Below are positions 40,401-55,809 of a stretch of DNA of 64,000 bases, piece after piece (within the stretch, counting starts at the first letter, position 1; each line of letters starts with the position of its first letter). The DNA comes from Antedon mediterranea (Eukaryota; Animalia; Echinodermata), in NCBI RefSeq assembly GCF_964355755.1, contig NC_092675.1:12953812-13017811 (forward strand), given 5' to 3'. The notes beneath the pieces were generated by a model that worked only from the letters and a program-made list of their open reading frames with translations, was not told the DNA's origin and did not search any database. The position numbers were made by a program, and so were the translations under genes.

Positions 40401-41810
40401 AAACATCAAAGTGCTTAAAATCACATTATAAACCGTTTTAGACCATTTTGAGCATTTCGATAACACTTTTCACACAAAAACATCAAAGAGCACAAAATAG
40501 CTTAATATCGTATTTAAAAACGTTTTAGACCATTTTGAGCATTTCGACAAAACTTTTTCACACAAAACACCAAAGTGCTTAGAATAGCTTCAAATCGTAT
40601 TTGGAGACGTTTTAGACCATTTTGAGATTTTCGAAAAAACTTGGTTACACAAAAACATCAAAGTGCTTAAAATCACATTATAAACCGTTTTAGACCATTT
40701 TGAGCATTTCGATAACACTTTTCACACAAAAACATCAAAGAGCACAAAATAGCTTAATATCGTATTTAAAAACGTTTTAGACCATTTTGAGCATTTAGAA
40801 AAAACTTTTTCACACAAAACACCAAAGTGCTTAGAATAGCTTCAAATCGCATTTGAAGACGTTTTAGACCATTTTGTGATTTTTGAAAAAACTTGTTAAC
40901 ATAAAAACACCAAAGTGCTTAGAATAGCTTCAAATCACATTTGGAGACGTTTTAGACCATTTTGTGATTTTCGAAAAAACTTGTTAACATAAAAACACGA
41001 AAGTGCTTAGAAAAGCTTCAAATCGCATTTGGAAACGTTTTAGACCATTTTGTGATTTTCGAAAAAACTTGTTAACATAAAAACACGAAAGTGCTTAGAA
41101 TCACATTATAAACCGTTTTAGACCATTTTGAGCATTTCGATAACAATTTTCACACAAAAACATCAAAGAGCACAAAATAGCTTAATATCGTATTTAAAAA
41201 TGTTTTAGACCATTTTGAGCATTTAGATAAAACTTTTTCACACAAAACACCAAAGTGCTTAGAATAGCTTCAAATCGCATTTGGAGACGTTTTAGACCAT
41301 TTTGTGATTTTTGAAAAAACTTGTTAACATAAAAACACCAAAGTGCTTAGAATAGCTTCAAATCACATTTGGAGATGTTTTAGACCATTTTGTGATTTTT
41401 GAAAAAACTTGTTAACATAAAAACACGAAAGTGCTTAGAATAGCTTCAAATCACATTTGGAGACGTTTTAGACCATTTTGTGATTTTTGAAAAAACTTGT
41501 TAACATAAAAACACGAAAGTGCTTAGAATAGCTTCAAATCGCATTTGGAAACGTTTTAGACCATTTTGTGATTTTCGAAAAAGATTGTTAACATAAAAAC
41601 ACCAATGTGCTTAGAATCACATTATAAACCGTTTTAGACCATTTTGAGCATTTCGATAACAATTTTCACACAAAAACATCAAAGAGCACAAAATAGCTTA
41701 ATATCGTATTTATAAATGTTTTAGACCATTTTGAGCATTTCGACAAAACTTTTTCACACAAAACACCAAAGTGCTTAGAATAGCTTCAAATCGCATTTGG
41801 AGACGTTTTA
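31470..41810 (+). repeat. About 10-kb segmental copy of about 16500-26830 (offset about 15 kb; approximate boundaries)
   Basis: Rare variants are collinear: CAGAGTAC 19518/34661 (offset 15143), and GAAGGA 24295/39273, GAACAAAC 24975/39953, GAAAATAC 25151/40129 and GAAAAGC 26032/41010 (all offset 14978). Confidence 0.85.
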
Positions 41811-44800
41811 GACCATTTTGTGATTTCGATGAAACTTGATTACACAAAAACATCAAAGTGCTTAAAATCACATTATAAACCGTTTTAGACCATTTTGAGC
41901 ATTTCGATAACACTTTTCACACAAAAACATCAAAGAGCACAAAATAGCTTAATATCGTATTTAAAAACGTTTTAGACCATTTTGAGCATTTAGACAAAAC
42001 TTTTTCACACAAAACACCAAAGTGCTTAGAATAGCTTCAAATCGCATTTGAAGACGTTTTAGACCATTTTGTGATTTTTGAAAAAACTTGTTAACATAAA
42101 AACACCAAAGTGCTTAGAATAGCTTCAAATCACATTTGGAGACGTTTTAGACCATTTTGTGATTTTCGAAAAAACTTGTTAACATAAAAACACGAAAGTG
42201 CTTAGAATAGCTTCAAATCGCATTTGGAAACGTTTTAGACCATTTTGTGATTTTCGAAAAAACTTGTTAACATAAAAACACGAAAGTGCTTAGAATCACA
42301 TTATAAACCGTTTTAGACCATTTTGAGCATTTCGATAACAATTTTCACACAAAAACATCAAAGAGCACAAAATAGCTTAATATCGTATTTAAAAATGTTT
42401 TAGACCATTTTGAGCATTTAGATAAAACTTTTTCACACAAAACACCAAAGTGCTTAGAATAGCTTCAAATCGCATTTGGAGACGTTTTAGACCATTTTGT
42501 GATTTTTGAAAAAACTTGTTAACATAAAAACACCAAAGTGCTTAGAATAGCTTCAAATCACATTTGGAGATGTTTTAGACCATTTTGTGATTTTTGAAAA
42601 AACTTGTTAACATAAAAACACGAAAGTGCTTAGAATAGCTTCAAATCACATTTGGAGACGTTTTAGACCATTTTGTGATTTTTAAAAAAACTTGTTAACA
42701 TAAAAACACGAAAGTGCTTAGAATAGCTTCAAATCGCATTTGGAAACGTTTTAGACCATTTTGTGATTTTCGAAAAAACTTGTTAACATAAAAACACGAA
42801 AGTGCTTAGAATCACATTATAAACCGTTTTAGACCATTTTGAGCATTTCGATAACAATTTTCACACAAAAACATCAAAGAGCACAAAATAGCTTAATATC
42901 GTATTTAAAAATGTTTTAGACCATTTTGAGCATTTAGATAAAACTTTTTCACACAAAACACCAAAGTGCTTAGAATAGCTTCAAATCGCATTTGGAGACG
43001 TTTTAGACCATTTTGTGATTTTCGAAAAAACTTGTTAACATAAAAACACGAAAGTGCTTAGAATAGCTTCAAATCGCATTTGGAAACGTTTTAGACCATT
43101 TTGTGATTTTCGAAAAAACTTGTTAACATAAAAACACGAAAGTGCTTAGAATCACATTATAAACCGTTTTAGACCATTTTGAGCATTTCGATAACAATTT
43201 TCACACAAAAACATCAAAGAGCACAAAATAGCTTAATATCGTATTTAAAAATGTTTTAGACCATTTTGAGCATTTAGATAAAACTTTTTCACACAAAACA
43301 CCAAAGTGCTTAGAATAGCTTCAAATCGCATTTGGAGACGTTTTAGACCATTTTGTGATTTTTGAAAAAACTTGTTAACATAAAAACACCAAAGTGCTTA
43401 GAATAGCTTCAAATCACATTTGGAGATGTTTTAGACCATTTTGTGATTTTTGAAAAAACTTGTTAACATAAAAACACGAAAGTGCTTAGAATAGCTTCAA
43501 ATCACATTTGGAGACGTTTTAGACCATTTTGTGATTTTTGAAAAAACTTGTTAACATAAAAACACGAAAGTGCTTAGAATAGCTTCAAATCGCATTTGGA
43601 AACGTTTTAGACCATTTTGTGATTTTCGAAAAAGATTGTTAACATAAAAACACCAATGTGCTTAGAATCACATTATAAACCGTTTTAGACCATTTTGAGC
43701 ATTTCGATAACAATTTTCACACAAAAACATCAAAGAGCACAAAATAGCTTAATATCGTATTTATAAATGTTTTAGACCATTTTGAGCATTTCGACAAAAC
43801 TTTTTCACACAAAACAACAAAGTGCTTAGAATAGCTTCAAATCGCATTTGGAGACGTTTTTTATACCATTTTGTGATTTCGATGAAACTTGATTACACAA
43901 AAACATCAAAGTGCTTAAAATCACATTATAAACCGTTTTAGACCATTTTGAGCATTTCGATAACACTTTTCACACAAAAACATCAAAGAGCACAAAATAG
44001 CTTAATATCGTATTTAAAAACGTTTTAGACCATTTTGAGCATTTAGACAAAACTTTTTCACACAAAACACCAAAGTGCTTAGAATAGCTTCAAATCGCAT
44101 TTGGAGACGTTTTAGAACATTTTGTGTTTTTCGAAAAAAACTGTTAACATAAAAACACCAAAGTGCTTAGAATAGCTTCAAATCGCATTTGGAGACGTTT
44201 TAGAACATTTTGTGTTCTTCGAAAAAACCTGTTAACATAAAAACACCAAAGTGCTTAGAATAGCTTCAAATCGCATTTGGAGACGTTTTAGACCATTTTG
44301 TGATTTTTGAAAAAACTTGTTAACATAAAAACACCAAAGTGCTTAGAATAGCTTCAAATCACATTTGGAGACGTTTTAGACCATTTTGTGATTTTCGAAA
44401 AAACTTTTTAACATAAAAACACGAAAGTGCTTAGAATAGCTTCAAATCGCATTTGGAAACGTTTTAGACCATTTTGTGATTTTCGAAAAAGATTGTTAAC
44501 ATAAAAACACCAAAGTGCTTAGAATCACAATATAAACCGTTTTAGACCATTTTGAGCATTTCGATAACAATTTTCACACAAAAACATCAAAGAGCACAAA
44601 ATAGCTTAATATCGTATTTAAAAATGTTTTAGACCATTTTGAGCATTTAGATAAAACTTTTTCACACAAAACACCAAAGTGCTTAGAATAGCTTCAAATC
44701 GCATTTGGAGACGGTTTAGACCATTTTGTGATTTTGAAAAAACTTGTTAACATAAAAACACCAAAGTGCTTAGAATAGCTTCAAATCGCATTTGGAGACG

Positions 44801-47800
44801 TTTTAGACCATTTTGTGATTTTCGAAAAAACTTGTTAACATAAAAACACCAAAGTGCTTAGAATAGCTTCAAATCGTATTTGGAGACGTTTTAGACCATC
44901 TTGAGATTTTCGAAAAAACTTGGTTACACAAAAACATCAAAGTGCTTAAAATCACATTATAAACCGTTTTAGACCATTTTGAACATTTCGATAACACTTT
45001 TCACACAAAAACATCAAAGAGCACAAAATAGCTTAATATCGTATTTAAAAACGTTTTAGACCATTTTGAGCATTTCGACAAAACTTTTTCACACAAAACA
45101 CCAAAGTGCTTAGAATAGCTTCAAATCGCATTTGGAGACGTTTTAGACCAATTTGTGCATTTCGATGAAACTTGATTACACAAAAACATCAACGTGCTTA
45201 AAATCACATTATAAACCGTTTTAGACCATTTTGAGCATTTCGATAACACTTTTCACACAAAAACATCAAAGAGCACAAAATAGCTTAATATCGTATTTAA
45301 AAACGTTTTAGACCATTTTGAGCATTTAGACAAAACTTTTTCACACAAAACACCAAAGTGCTTAGAATAGCTTCAAATCGCATTTGGAGACGTTTTAGAC
45401 TATTTTGTGCATTTCGATGAAACTTGGTTACACAAAAACATCAAAGTGCTTAAAATCACATTATAAATCGTTTTAGACCCTTTTGAGCATTTCGACAAAA
45501 CTTTTTCACACAAAATACCAAAGGGCTTAGAATAGCTTCAAATCGCATTTGGAGACGTTTTAGACCATTTTGTGATTTTCGAAAAAACTTTTTAACATAA
45601 AAAGACCAAAGTGCTTAGAATAGCTTCAAATCACATTTGGAGACGTTTTAGACCATTTTGTGATTTTCGAAAAAACTTGTTAACATAAAAACACGAAAGT
45701 GCTTAGAATAGCTTCAAATCGCATTTGGAAACGTTTTAGACCATTTTGTGATTTTCGAAAAAGATTGTTAACATAAAAACACCAATGTGCTTAGAATCAC
45801 ATTATAAACCGTTTTAGACCATTTTGAGCATTTCGATAACAATTTTCACACAAAAACATCAAAGAGCACAAAATAGCTTAACATCGTATTTATAAATGTT
45901 TTAGACCATTTTGAGCATTTCGACAAAACTTTTTCACACAAAACACCAAAGTGCTTAGAATAGCTTCAAATCGCATTTGGAGACGTTTTAGACCATTTTG
46001 TGATTTTTGAAAAAACTTGTTAACATAAAAACACCAAAGTGTTAGAATAGCTTCAAATCACATTTGGAGACGTTTCAGACCATTTTGTGATTTTCGAAAA
46101 AACTTGTTAACATAAAAACACGAAAGTGCTTAGAATAGCTTCAAATCGAATTTGGAAACGTTTTAGACCATTTTGTGATTTTCGAAAAAACTTGTTAACA
46201 TAAAAACACGAAAGTGCTTAGAATAGCTTCAAATCGCATTTGGAAACGTTTTAGACCATTTTGTGATTTTCGAAAAAGATTGTTAACATAAAAACACCAA
46301 AGTGCTTAGAATCACAATATAAACCGTTTTAGACCATTTTGAGCATTTCGATAACAATTTTCACACAAAAACATCAAAGAGCACAAAATAGCTTAATATC
46401 GTATTTAAAAATGTTTTAGACCATTTTGAGCATTTAGATAAAATTTTTCACACAAAACACCAAAGTGCTTAGAATAGCTTCAAATCGCATTTGGAGACGG
46501 TTTAGACCATTTTGTGATTTTGAAAAAACTTGTTAACATAAAAACACCAAAGTGCTTACAATAGCTTCAAATCGCATTTGGAGACGTTTTAGACCATTTT
46601 GTGATTTTCGAAAAAACTTGTTAACATAAAAACACCAAAGTGCTTAGAATAGCTTCAAATCGTATTTGGAGACGTTTTAGACCATTTTGAGATTTTCGAA
46701 AAAACTTGGTTACACAAAAACATCAAAGTGCTTAAAATCACATTATAAACCGTTTTAGACCATTTTGAACATTTCGATAACACTTTTCACACAAAAACAT
46801 CAAAGAGCACAAATTAGCTTAATATCGTATTTAAAAACGTTTTAGACCATTTTGAGCATTTCGACAAAACTTTTTCACACAAAACACCAAAGTGCTTAGA
46901 ATAGCTTCAAATCGCATTTGGAGACGTTTTAGACCAATTTGTGCATTTCGATGAAACTTGATTACACAAAAACATCAACGTGCTTAAAATCACATTATAA
47001 ACCGTTTTAGACCATTTTGAGCATTTCGATAACACTTTTCACACAAAAACATCAAAGAGCACAAAATAGCTTAATATCGTATTTAAAAACGTTTTAGACC
47101 ATTTTGAGCATTTAGACAAAACTTTTTCACACAAAACACCAAAGTGCTTAGAATAGCTTCAAATCGCATTTGGAGACGTTTTAGACCATTTTGTGTTTTT
47201 TGAAAAAAACTGTTAACATAAAAACACCAAAGTGCTTAGAATAGCTTCAAATCGCATTTGGAGACGTTTTAGACCATTTTGTGCATTTCGATGAAACTTG
47301 GTTACACAAAAACATCAAAGTGCTTAAAATCACATTATAAATCGTTTTAGACCATTTTGAGCATTTCGACAAAACTTTTTCACACAAAATACAAAAGTGC
47401 TTAGAATAGCTTCAAATCGCATTTGGAGAAGTTTTAGACCATTTTGTGATTTTCGAAAAAACTTTTTAACATAAAAACACCAAAGTGCTTAGAATAGCTT
47501 CAAATCACATTTGGAGACGTTTTAGACCATTTTGTGATTTTCGAAAAAACTTGTTAACATAAAAACACGAAAGTGCTTAGAATAGCTTCAAATCGCATTT
47601 AGAAACGTTTTAGACCATTTTGTGATTTTCGAAAAAAATTGTTAACATAAAAACACCAAAGTGCTTAGAATCACATTATAAACCGTTTTAGACCATTTTG
47701 AGCATTTCGATAACAATTTTCACACAAAAACATCAAAGAGCACAAAATAGCTTAATATCGTATTTAAAAATGTTTTAGACCATTTTGAGCATTTAGATAA

Positions 47801-50800
47801 AACTTTTTCACACAAAACACCAAAGTGCTTAGAATAGCTTCAAATCGCATTTGGAGACGTTTTAGACCATTTTGTGATTTTTGAAAAAACTTGTTAACAT
47901 AAAAACACCAAAGTGCTTAGAATAGCTTCAAATCACATTTGGAGACGTTTTAGACCATTTTGTGATTTTCGAAAAAACTTGTTAACATAAAAACACGAAA
48001 GTGCTTAGAATAGCTTCAAATCGCATTTGGAAACGTTTTAGACCATTTTGTGATTTTCGAAAAAACTTGTTAACATAAAAACACGAAAGTGCTTAGAATA
48101 GCTTCAAATCGCATTTGGAAACGTTTTAGACCATTTTGTGATTTTCGAAAAAACTTGTTAACATAAAAACACGAAAGTGCTTAGAATAGCTTCAAATCGC
48201 ATTTGGAAACGTTTTAGACCATTTTGTGATTTTCGAAAAAAATTGTTAACATAAAAACACCAAAGTGTTTAGAATAGCTTCAAATCGCATTTGGAGACGT
48301 TTTAGACCAATTTGTGATTTTCGAAAAAACTTATCAACATAAAAACACCAAAGGGTTTAGAATAGCTTCAAATCGCATTTGGAGACGTTTTAGACCATTT
48401 TGTGATTTTGAAAAAACTTGTTAACATAAAAACACCAAAGTGCTTAGAATAGCTTCAAATCGCATTTGGAGACGTTTTAGACCATTTTGTGATTTTCGAA
48501 AAAACTTGTTAACATAAAAACACCAAAGTGCTTAGAATAGCTTCAAATCGTATTTGGAGACGTTTTAGACCATTTTGAGATTTTCGAAAAAACTTGGTTA
48601 CACAAAAACATCAAAGTGCTTAAAATCACATTATAAACCGTTTTAGACCATTTTTAGCATTTCGGTAACACTTTTCACACAAAAACATCAAAGAGCACAA
48701 AATAGCTTAATATCGTATTTAAAAACGTTTTAGACCATTTTGAGCATTTAGACAAAACTTTTTCACACAAAACACCAAAGTGCTTAGAATAGCTTCAAAT
48801 CGCATTTGGAGACGTTTTAGACCATTTTGTGCATTTCGATGAAACTTGGTTACACAAAAACATCAAAGTGCTTAAAATCACATTATAAATCGTTTTAGAC
48901 CATTTTGAGCATTTCGACAAAACTTTTTCACACAAAATACCAAAGTGCTTAGAATAGCTTCAAATCGCATTTGGAGACGTTTTAGACCATTTTGTGATTT
49001 TCGAAAAAACTTTTTAACATAAAAACACCAAAGTGCTTAGAATAGCTTCAAATCACATTTGGAGACGTTTTAGACCATAAGTGCTTAGAATCACATTATA
49101 AACCGTTTTAGACCATTTTGAGCATTTCGATAACAATTTTCACACAAAAACATCAAAGAGCACAAAATAGCTTAATATCGTATTTAAAAATGTTTTAGAC
49201 CATTTTGAGCATTTAGATAAAACTTTTTCACACAAAACACCAAAGTGCTTAGAATAGCTTCAAATCGCATTTGGAGACGTTTTAGACCATTTTGTGATTT
49301 TTGAAAAAACTTGTTAACATAAAAACACCAAAGTGCTTAGAATAGCTTCAAATCACATTTGGAGACGTTTTAGACCATTTTGTGATTTTCGAAAAAACTT
49401 GTTAACATAAAAACACGAAAGTGCTTAGAATAGCTTCAAATCGCATTTGGAAACGTTTTAGACCATTTAGTTATTTTCGAAAAAACTTGTTAACATAAAA
49501 ACACGAAAGTGCTTAGAATAGCTTCAAATCGCATTTGGAAACGTTTTAGACCATTTTGTGATTTTCGAAAAAAATTGTTAACATAAAAACACCAAAGTGT
49601 TTAGAATAGCTTCAAATCGCATTTGGAGACGTTTTAGACCAATTTGTGATTTTCGAAAAAACTTATCAACATAAAAACACCAAAGGGTTTAGAATAGCTT
49701 CAAATCGCATTTGGAGACGTTTTAGACCATTTTGTGATTTTCGAAAAAACTTGTTAACATAAAAACACGAAAGTGCTTAGAATAGCTTCAAATCGCATTT
49801 GGAAACGTTTTAGACCATTTTGTGATTTTCGAAAAAACTTGTTAACATAAAAACATGAAAGTGCTTAGAATAGCTTCAAATCGTATTTGGAGACGTTTTA
49901 GACCATTTTGTGATTTTCGAAAAAACTTGTTAACATAAAAACACCAATGTGCTTAGAATAGCTTCAAATCGCTTTTTGAGACGTTTTTTATACCATTTTG
50001 TGATTTCGATGAAACTTGATTACACAAAAACATCAAAGTGCTTAAAATCACATTATAAACCGTTTTAGACCATTTTGAGCATTTCGATAACACTTTTCAC
50101 ACAAAAACATCAAAGAGCACAAAATAGCTTAATATCGTATTTAAAAACGTTTTAGACCATTTTGAGCATTTAGACAAAACTTTTTCACACAAAACACCAA
50201 AGTGCTTAGAATAGCTTCAAATCGCATTTGGAGACGTTTTAGAACATTTTGTGTTTTTCGAAAAAAACTGTTAACATAAAAACACCAAAGTGCTTAGAAT
50301 AGCTTCAAATCGCATTTGGAGACGTTTTAGAACATTTTGTGTTCTTCGAAAAAACCTGTTAACATAAAAACACCAAAGTGCTTAGAATAGCTTCAAATCG
50401 CATTTGGAGACGTTTTAGACCATTTTGTGATTTTTGAAAAAACTTGTTAACATAAAAACACCAAAGTGCTTAGAATAGCTTCAAATCACATTTGGAGACG
50501 TTTTAGACCATTTTGTGATTTTCGAAAAAACTTGTTAACATAAAAACACGAAAGTGGTTAGAATAGCTTCAAATCGCATTTGGAAACGTTTTAGACCATT
50601 TTGTGATTTTCGAAAAAGATTGTTAACATAAAAACACCAAAGTGCTTAGAATCACAATATAAACCGTTTTAGACCATTTTGAGCATTTCGATAACAATTT
50701 TCACACAAAAACATCAAAGAGCACAAAATAGCTTAATATCGTATTTAAAAATGTTTTAGACAATTTTGAGCATTTAGATAAAACTTTTTCACACAAAACA

Positions 50801-52369
50801 CCAAAGTGCTTAGAATAGCTTCAAATCGCATTTGGAGACGGTTTAGACCATTTTGTGATTTTGAAAAAACTTGTTAACATAAAAACACCAAAGTGCTTAG
50901 AATAGCTTCAAATCGCATTTGGAGACGTTTTAGACCATTTTGTGATTTTCGAAAAAACTTGTTAACATAAAAACACCAAAGTGCTTAGAATAGCTTCAAA
51001 TCGTATTTGGAGACGTTTTAGACCATTTTGAGATTTTCGAAAAAACTTGGTTACACAAAAACATCAAAGTGCTTAAAATCACATTATAAACCGTTTTAGA
51101 CCATTTTGAACATTTCGATAACACTTTTCACACAAAAACATCAAAGAGCACAAAATAGCTTAATATCGTATTTAAAAACGTTTTAGACCATTTTGAGCAT
51201 TTCGACAAAACTTTTTCACACAAAACACCAAAGTGCTTAGAATAGCTTCAAATCGCATTTGGAGACGTTTTAGACCAATTTGTGCATTTCGATGAAACTT
51301 GATTACACAAAAACATCAACGTGCTTAAAATCACAATATAAACCGTTTTAGACCATTTTGAGCATTTCGATAACACTTTTCACACAAAAACATCAAAGAG
51401 CACAAAATAGCTTAATATCGTATTTAAAAACGTTTTAGACCATTTTGAGCATTTAGACAAAACTTTTTCACACAAAACACCAAAGTGCTTAGAATAGCTT
51501 CAAATCGCATTTGGAGACGTTTTAGACCATTTTGTGCATTTCGATGAAACTTGGTTACACAAAAACATCAAAGTGCTTAAAATGACATTATAAATCGTTT
51601 TAGACCATTTTGAGCATTTCGACAAAACTTTTTCACACAAAATACCAAAGGGCTTAGAATAGCTTCAAATCGCATTTGGAGACGTTTTAGACCATTTTGT
51701 GATTTTCGAAAAAACTTGTTAACATAAAAACACGAAAGTGCTTAGAATAGCTTCAAATCGCATTTGGAAACGTTTTAGACCATTTTGTGATTTTCGAAAA
51801 AAATTGTTAACATAAAAACACCAAAGTGCTTAGAATCACATTATAAACCGTTTTAGACCATTTTGAGCATTTCGATAACAATTTTCACACAAAAACATCA
51901 AAGAGCACAAAATAGCTTAATATCGTATTTAAAAATGTTTTAGACCATTTTGAGCATTTAGATAAAATTTTTCACACAAAACACCAAAGTGCTTAGAATA
52001 GCTTCAAATCGCATTTGGAGACGGTTTAGACCATTTTGTGATTTTGAAAAAACTTGTTAACATAAAAACACCAAAGTGCTTAGAATAGCTTCAAATCGCA
52101 TTTGGAGACGTTTTAGACCATTTTGTGCATTTCGAAAAAACTTGGTTACACAAAAACACCAAAGTGCTTAAAATCACATTATATATCGTTTTAGACCATT
52201 TTGAGCATTTCGACAAAACTTTTTCACACAAAATACCAAAGTGCTTAGAATAGCTTCAAATCGCATTTGGAGACGTTTTAGACCATTTTGTGATTTTCGA
52301 AAAAACTTTTTAACATAAAAACACCAAAGTGCTTAGAATAGCTTCAAATCACATTTGGAGACATTTTAG

Positions 52370-55300
52370 ACCATTTTGTGATTTTCGAAAAAACTTGTTA
52401 ACATAAAAACACGAAAGTGCTTAGAATCACATTATAAACCGTTTTAGACCATTTTGAGCATTTCGATAACAATTTTCACACAAAAACATCAAAGAGCACA
52501 AAATAGCTTAATATCGTATTTAAAAATGTTTTAGACCATTTTGAGCATTTAGATAAAACTTTTTCACACAAAACACCAAAGTGCTTAGAATAGCTTCAAA
52601 TCGCATTTGGAGACGTTTTAGACCATTTTGTGATTTTCGAAAAAACTTGTTAACATAAAAACACGAAAGTGCTTAGAATAGCTTCAAATCGCATTTGGAA
52701 ACGTTTTAGACCATTTTGTGATTTTCGAAAAAAATTGTTAACATAAAAACACCAAAGTGTTTAGAATAGCTTCAAATCGCATTTGGAGACGTTTTAGACC
52801 AATTTGTGATTTTCGAAAAAACTTATCAACATAAAAACACCAAAGGGTTTAGAATAGCTTCAAATCGCATTTGGAGACGTTTTAGACCATTTTGTGATTT
52901 TGAAAAAACTTGTTAACATAAAAACACCAAAGTGCTTAGAATAGCTTCAAATCGCATTTGGAGACGTTTTAGACCATTTTGTGATTTTCGAAAAAACTTG
53001 TTAACATAAAAACACCAAAGTGCTTAGAATAGCTTCAAATCGTATTTGGAGACGTTTTAGACCATTTTGAGATTTTCGAAAAAACTTGGTTACACAAAAA
53101 CATCAAAGTGCTTAAAATCACATTATAAACCGTTTTAGACCATTTTGAGCATTTCGGTAACACTTTTCACACAAAAACATCAAAGAGCACAAAATAGCTT
53201 AATATCGTATTTAAAAACGTTTTAGACCATTTTGAGCATTTAGACAAAACTTTTTCACACAAAACACCAAAGTGCTTAGAATAGCTTCAAATCGCATTTG
53301 GAGACGTTTTAGACCATTTTGTGCATTTCGATGAAACTTGGTTACACAAAAACATCAAAGTGCTTAAAATCACATTATAAATCGTTTTAGACCATTTTGA
53401 GCATTTCGACAAAACTTTTTCACACAAAATACCAAAGTGCTTAGAATAGCTTCAAATCGCATTTGGAGACGTTTTAGACCATTTTGTGATTTTCGAAAAA
53501 ACTTTTTAACATAAAAACACCAAAGTGCTTAGAATAGCTTCAAATCACATTTGGAGACGTTTTAGACCATAAGTGCTTAGAATCACATTATAAACCGTTT
53601 TAGACCATTTTGAGCATTTCGATAACAATTTTCACACAAAAACATCAAAGAGCACAAAATAGCTTAATATCGTATTTAAAAATGTTTTAGACCATTTTGA
53701 GCATTTAGATAAAACTTTTTCACACAAAACACCAAAGTGCATAGAATAGCTTCAAATCGCATTTGGAGACGTTTTAGACCATTTTGTGATTTTTGAAAAA
53801 ACTTGTTAACATAAAAACACCAAAGTGCTTAGAATAGCTTCAAATCACATTTGGAGACGTTTTAGACCATTTTGTGATTTTCGAAAAAACTTGTTAACAT
53901 AAAAACACGAAAGTGCTTAGAATAGCTTCAAATCGCATTTGGAAACGTTTTAGACCATTTAGTGATTTTCGAAAAAACTTGTTAACATAAAAACACGAAA
54001 GTGCTTAGAATAGCTTCAAATCGCATTTGGAAACGTTTTAGACCATTTTGTGATTTTCGAAAAAAATTGTTAACATAAAAACACCAAAGTGTTTAGAATA
54101 GCTTCAAATCACATTTGGAGACGTTTTAGACCAATTTGTGATTTTCGAAAAAACTTATCAACATAAAAACACCAAAGGGTTTAGAATAGCTTCAAATCGC
54201 ATTTGGAGACGTTTTAGACCATTTTGTGATTTTCGAAAAAACTTGTTAACATAAAAACACGAAAGTGCTTAGAATAGCTTCAAATCGCATTTGGAAACGT
54301 TTTAGACCATTTTGTGATTTTCGAAAAAACTTGTTAACATAAAAACATGAAAGTGCTTAGAATAGCTTCAAATCGTATTTGGAGACGTTTTAGACCATTT
54401 TGTGATTTTCGAAAAAACTTGTTAACATAAAAACACCAATGTGCTTAGAATAGCTTCAAATCGCATTTTGAGACGTTTTAGACCATTTTGTGCATTTCGA
54501 TGAAACTTGGTTACACAAAAACATCAAAGTGCTTAAAATCACATTATAAACCATTTTAGACCATTTTGAGCATTTCGATAACACTTTTCACACAAAAACA
54601 TCAAAGAGCACAAAATAGCTTAATATCGTATTTAAAAACGTTTTAGACCATTTTGAGCATTTCGACAAAACTTTTTCACACAAAACACCAAAGTGCTTAG
54701 AATAGCTTCAAATCGCATTTGGAGACGTTTTAGACCATTTTGTGATTTTCGAAAAAACTTGTTAACATAAAAACATCAAAGTGTACAGAATAACTTCAAA
54801 TCGCATTTGGAGACCGTTTTAGGCCAATTTGTGATTTTCGAAAAAACATGTTAACCTAAAAATACCAAAGTGTTTAGAATAGCTTCAAATCGCATTTGGA
54901 GACGTTTTAGACCATTTTGTGATTTTCGACAAAACTTGTTAACATAAAAACACCAAAGTGCTTCAAATCGCATTTGGAGACATTTTAGACCAATTTGTGA
55001 TTTTTGAAAAAACTTGTTAACATAAAAACACCAAAGTGCTTACAATAGCTTCAAATCGTATTTGGAGACGTTTTAGACCATTTTGTGATTTTCGAAAAAA
55101 CTTGTTAACATAAAAACACCAAAGTACTTAGAATAGCTTCAAATTGCATTTTGAGACGTTTTAGACCATTTTATGCATTTCGATGAAACTTGGTTACACA
55201 AAAACATCAATTTTCTTAAATTCACATTATAATCCGTTTTAGACCATTTTGAGCATTTCGATAACACTTTTCACACAAAAACATCAAAGAGCACAAAATA

Positions 55301-55809
55301 GCTTAATATCGTATTTAAAAACGTTTTAGACCATTTTGAGCATTTAGACAAAACTTTTTCACACAAAACACCAAAGTGTTTAGAATAGCTTCAAATCGCA
55401 TTTGGAGACGTTTTAGACCATTTTGTGATTTTCGAAAAAACTTGTTAACATAAAAACACCAAAGTGCTTCAAATCGCATTTGAGACATTTTAGACCAATT
55501 TGTGATTTTTGAAAAAACTTGTTAACATAAAAACACCAAAGTGCTTACAATAGCTTCAAATCGTATTTGGAGACGTTTTAGACCATTTTGTGATTTTCGA
55601 AAAAACTTGTTAACATAAAAACACCAGAGTACTTAGAATAGCTTCAAATCGCATTTGGAGACGTTTTAGACCATTTTATGCATTTCGATGAAACTTGGTT
55701 ACACAAAAACATCAAAGTGCTTAAAATCACATTATAATCCGTTTTAGACCATTTTGAGCATTTCGATAACACTTTTCACACAAAAACATCAAAGAGCACA
55801 AAATAGCTT
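52370..55809 (+). repeat. Transposon-free paralogue of about 1080-5579
   Basis: The offset is 51288 upstream of the TTAA and 50230 downstream (difference 1058 = element + TSD). Shared markers are TTCGGTAAC, GACCATAAGTG, CATTTAGTG, GTGTACAGAATAAC and CATTTGAGACAT. Confidence 0.88.
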
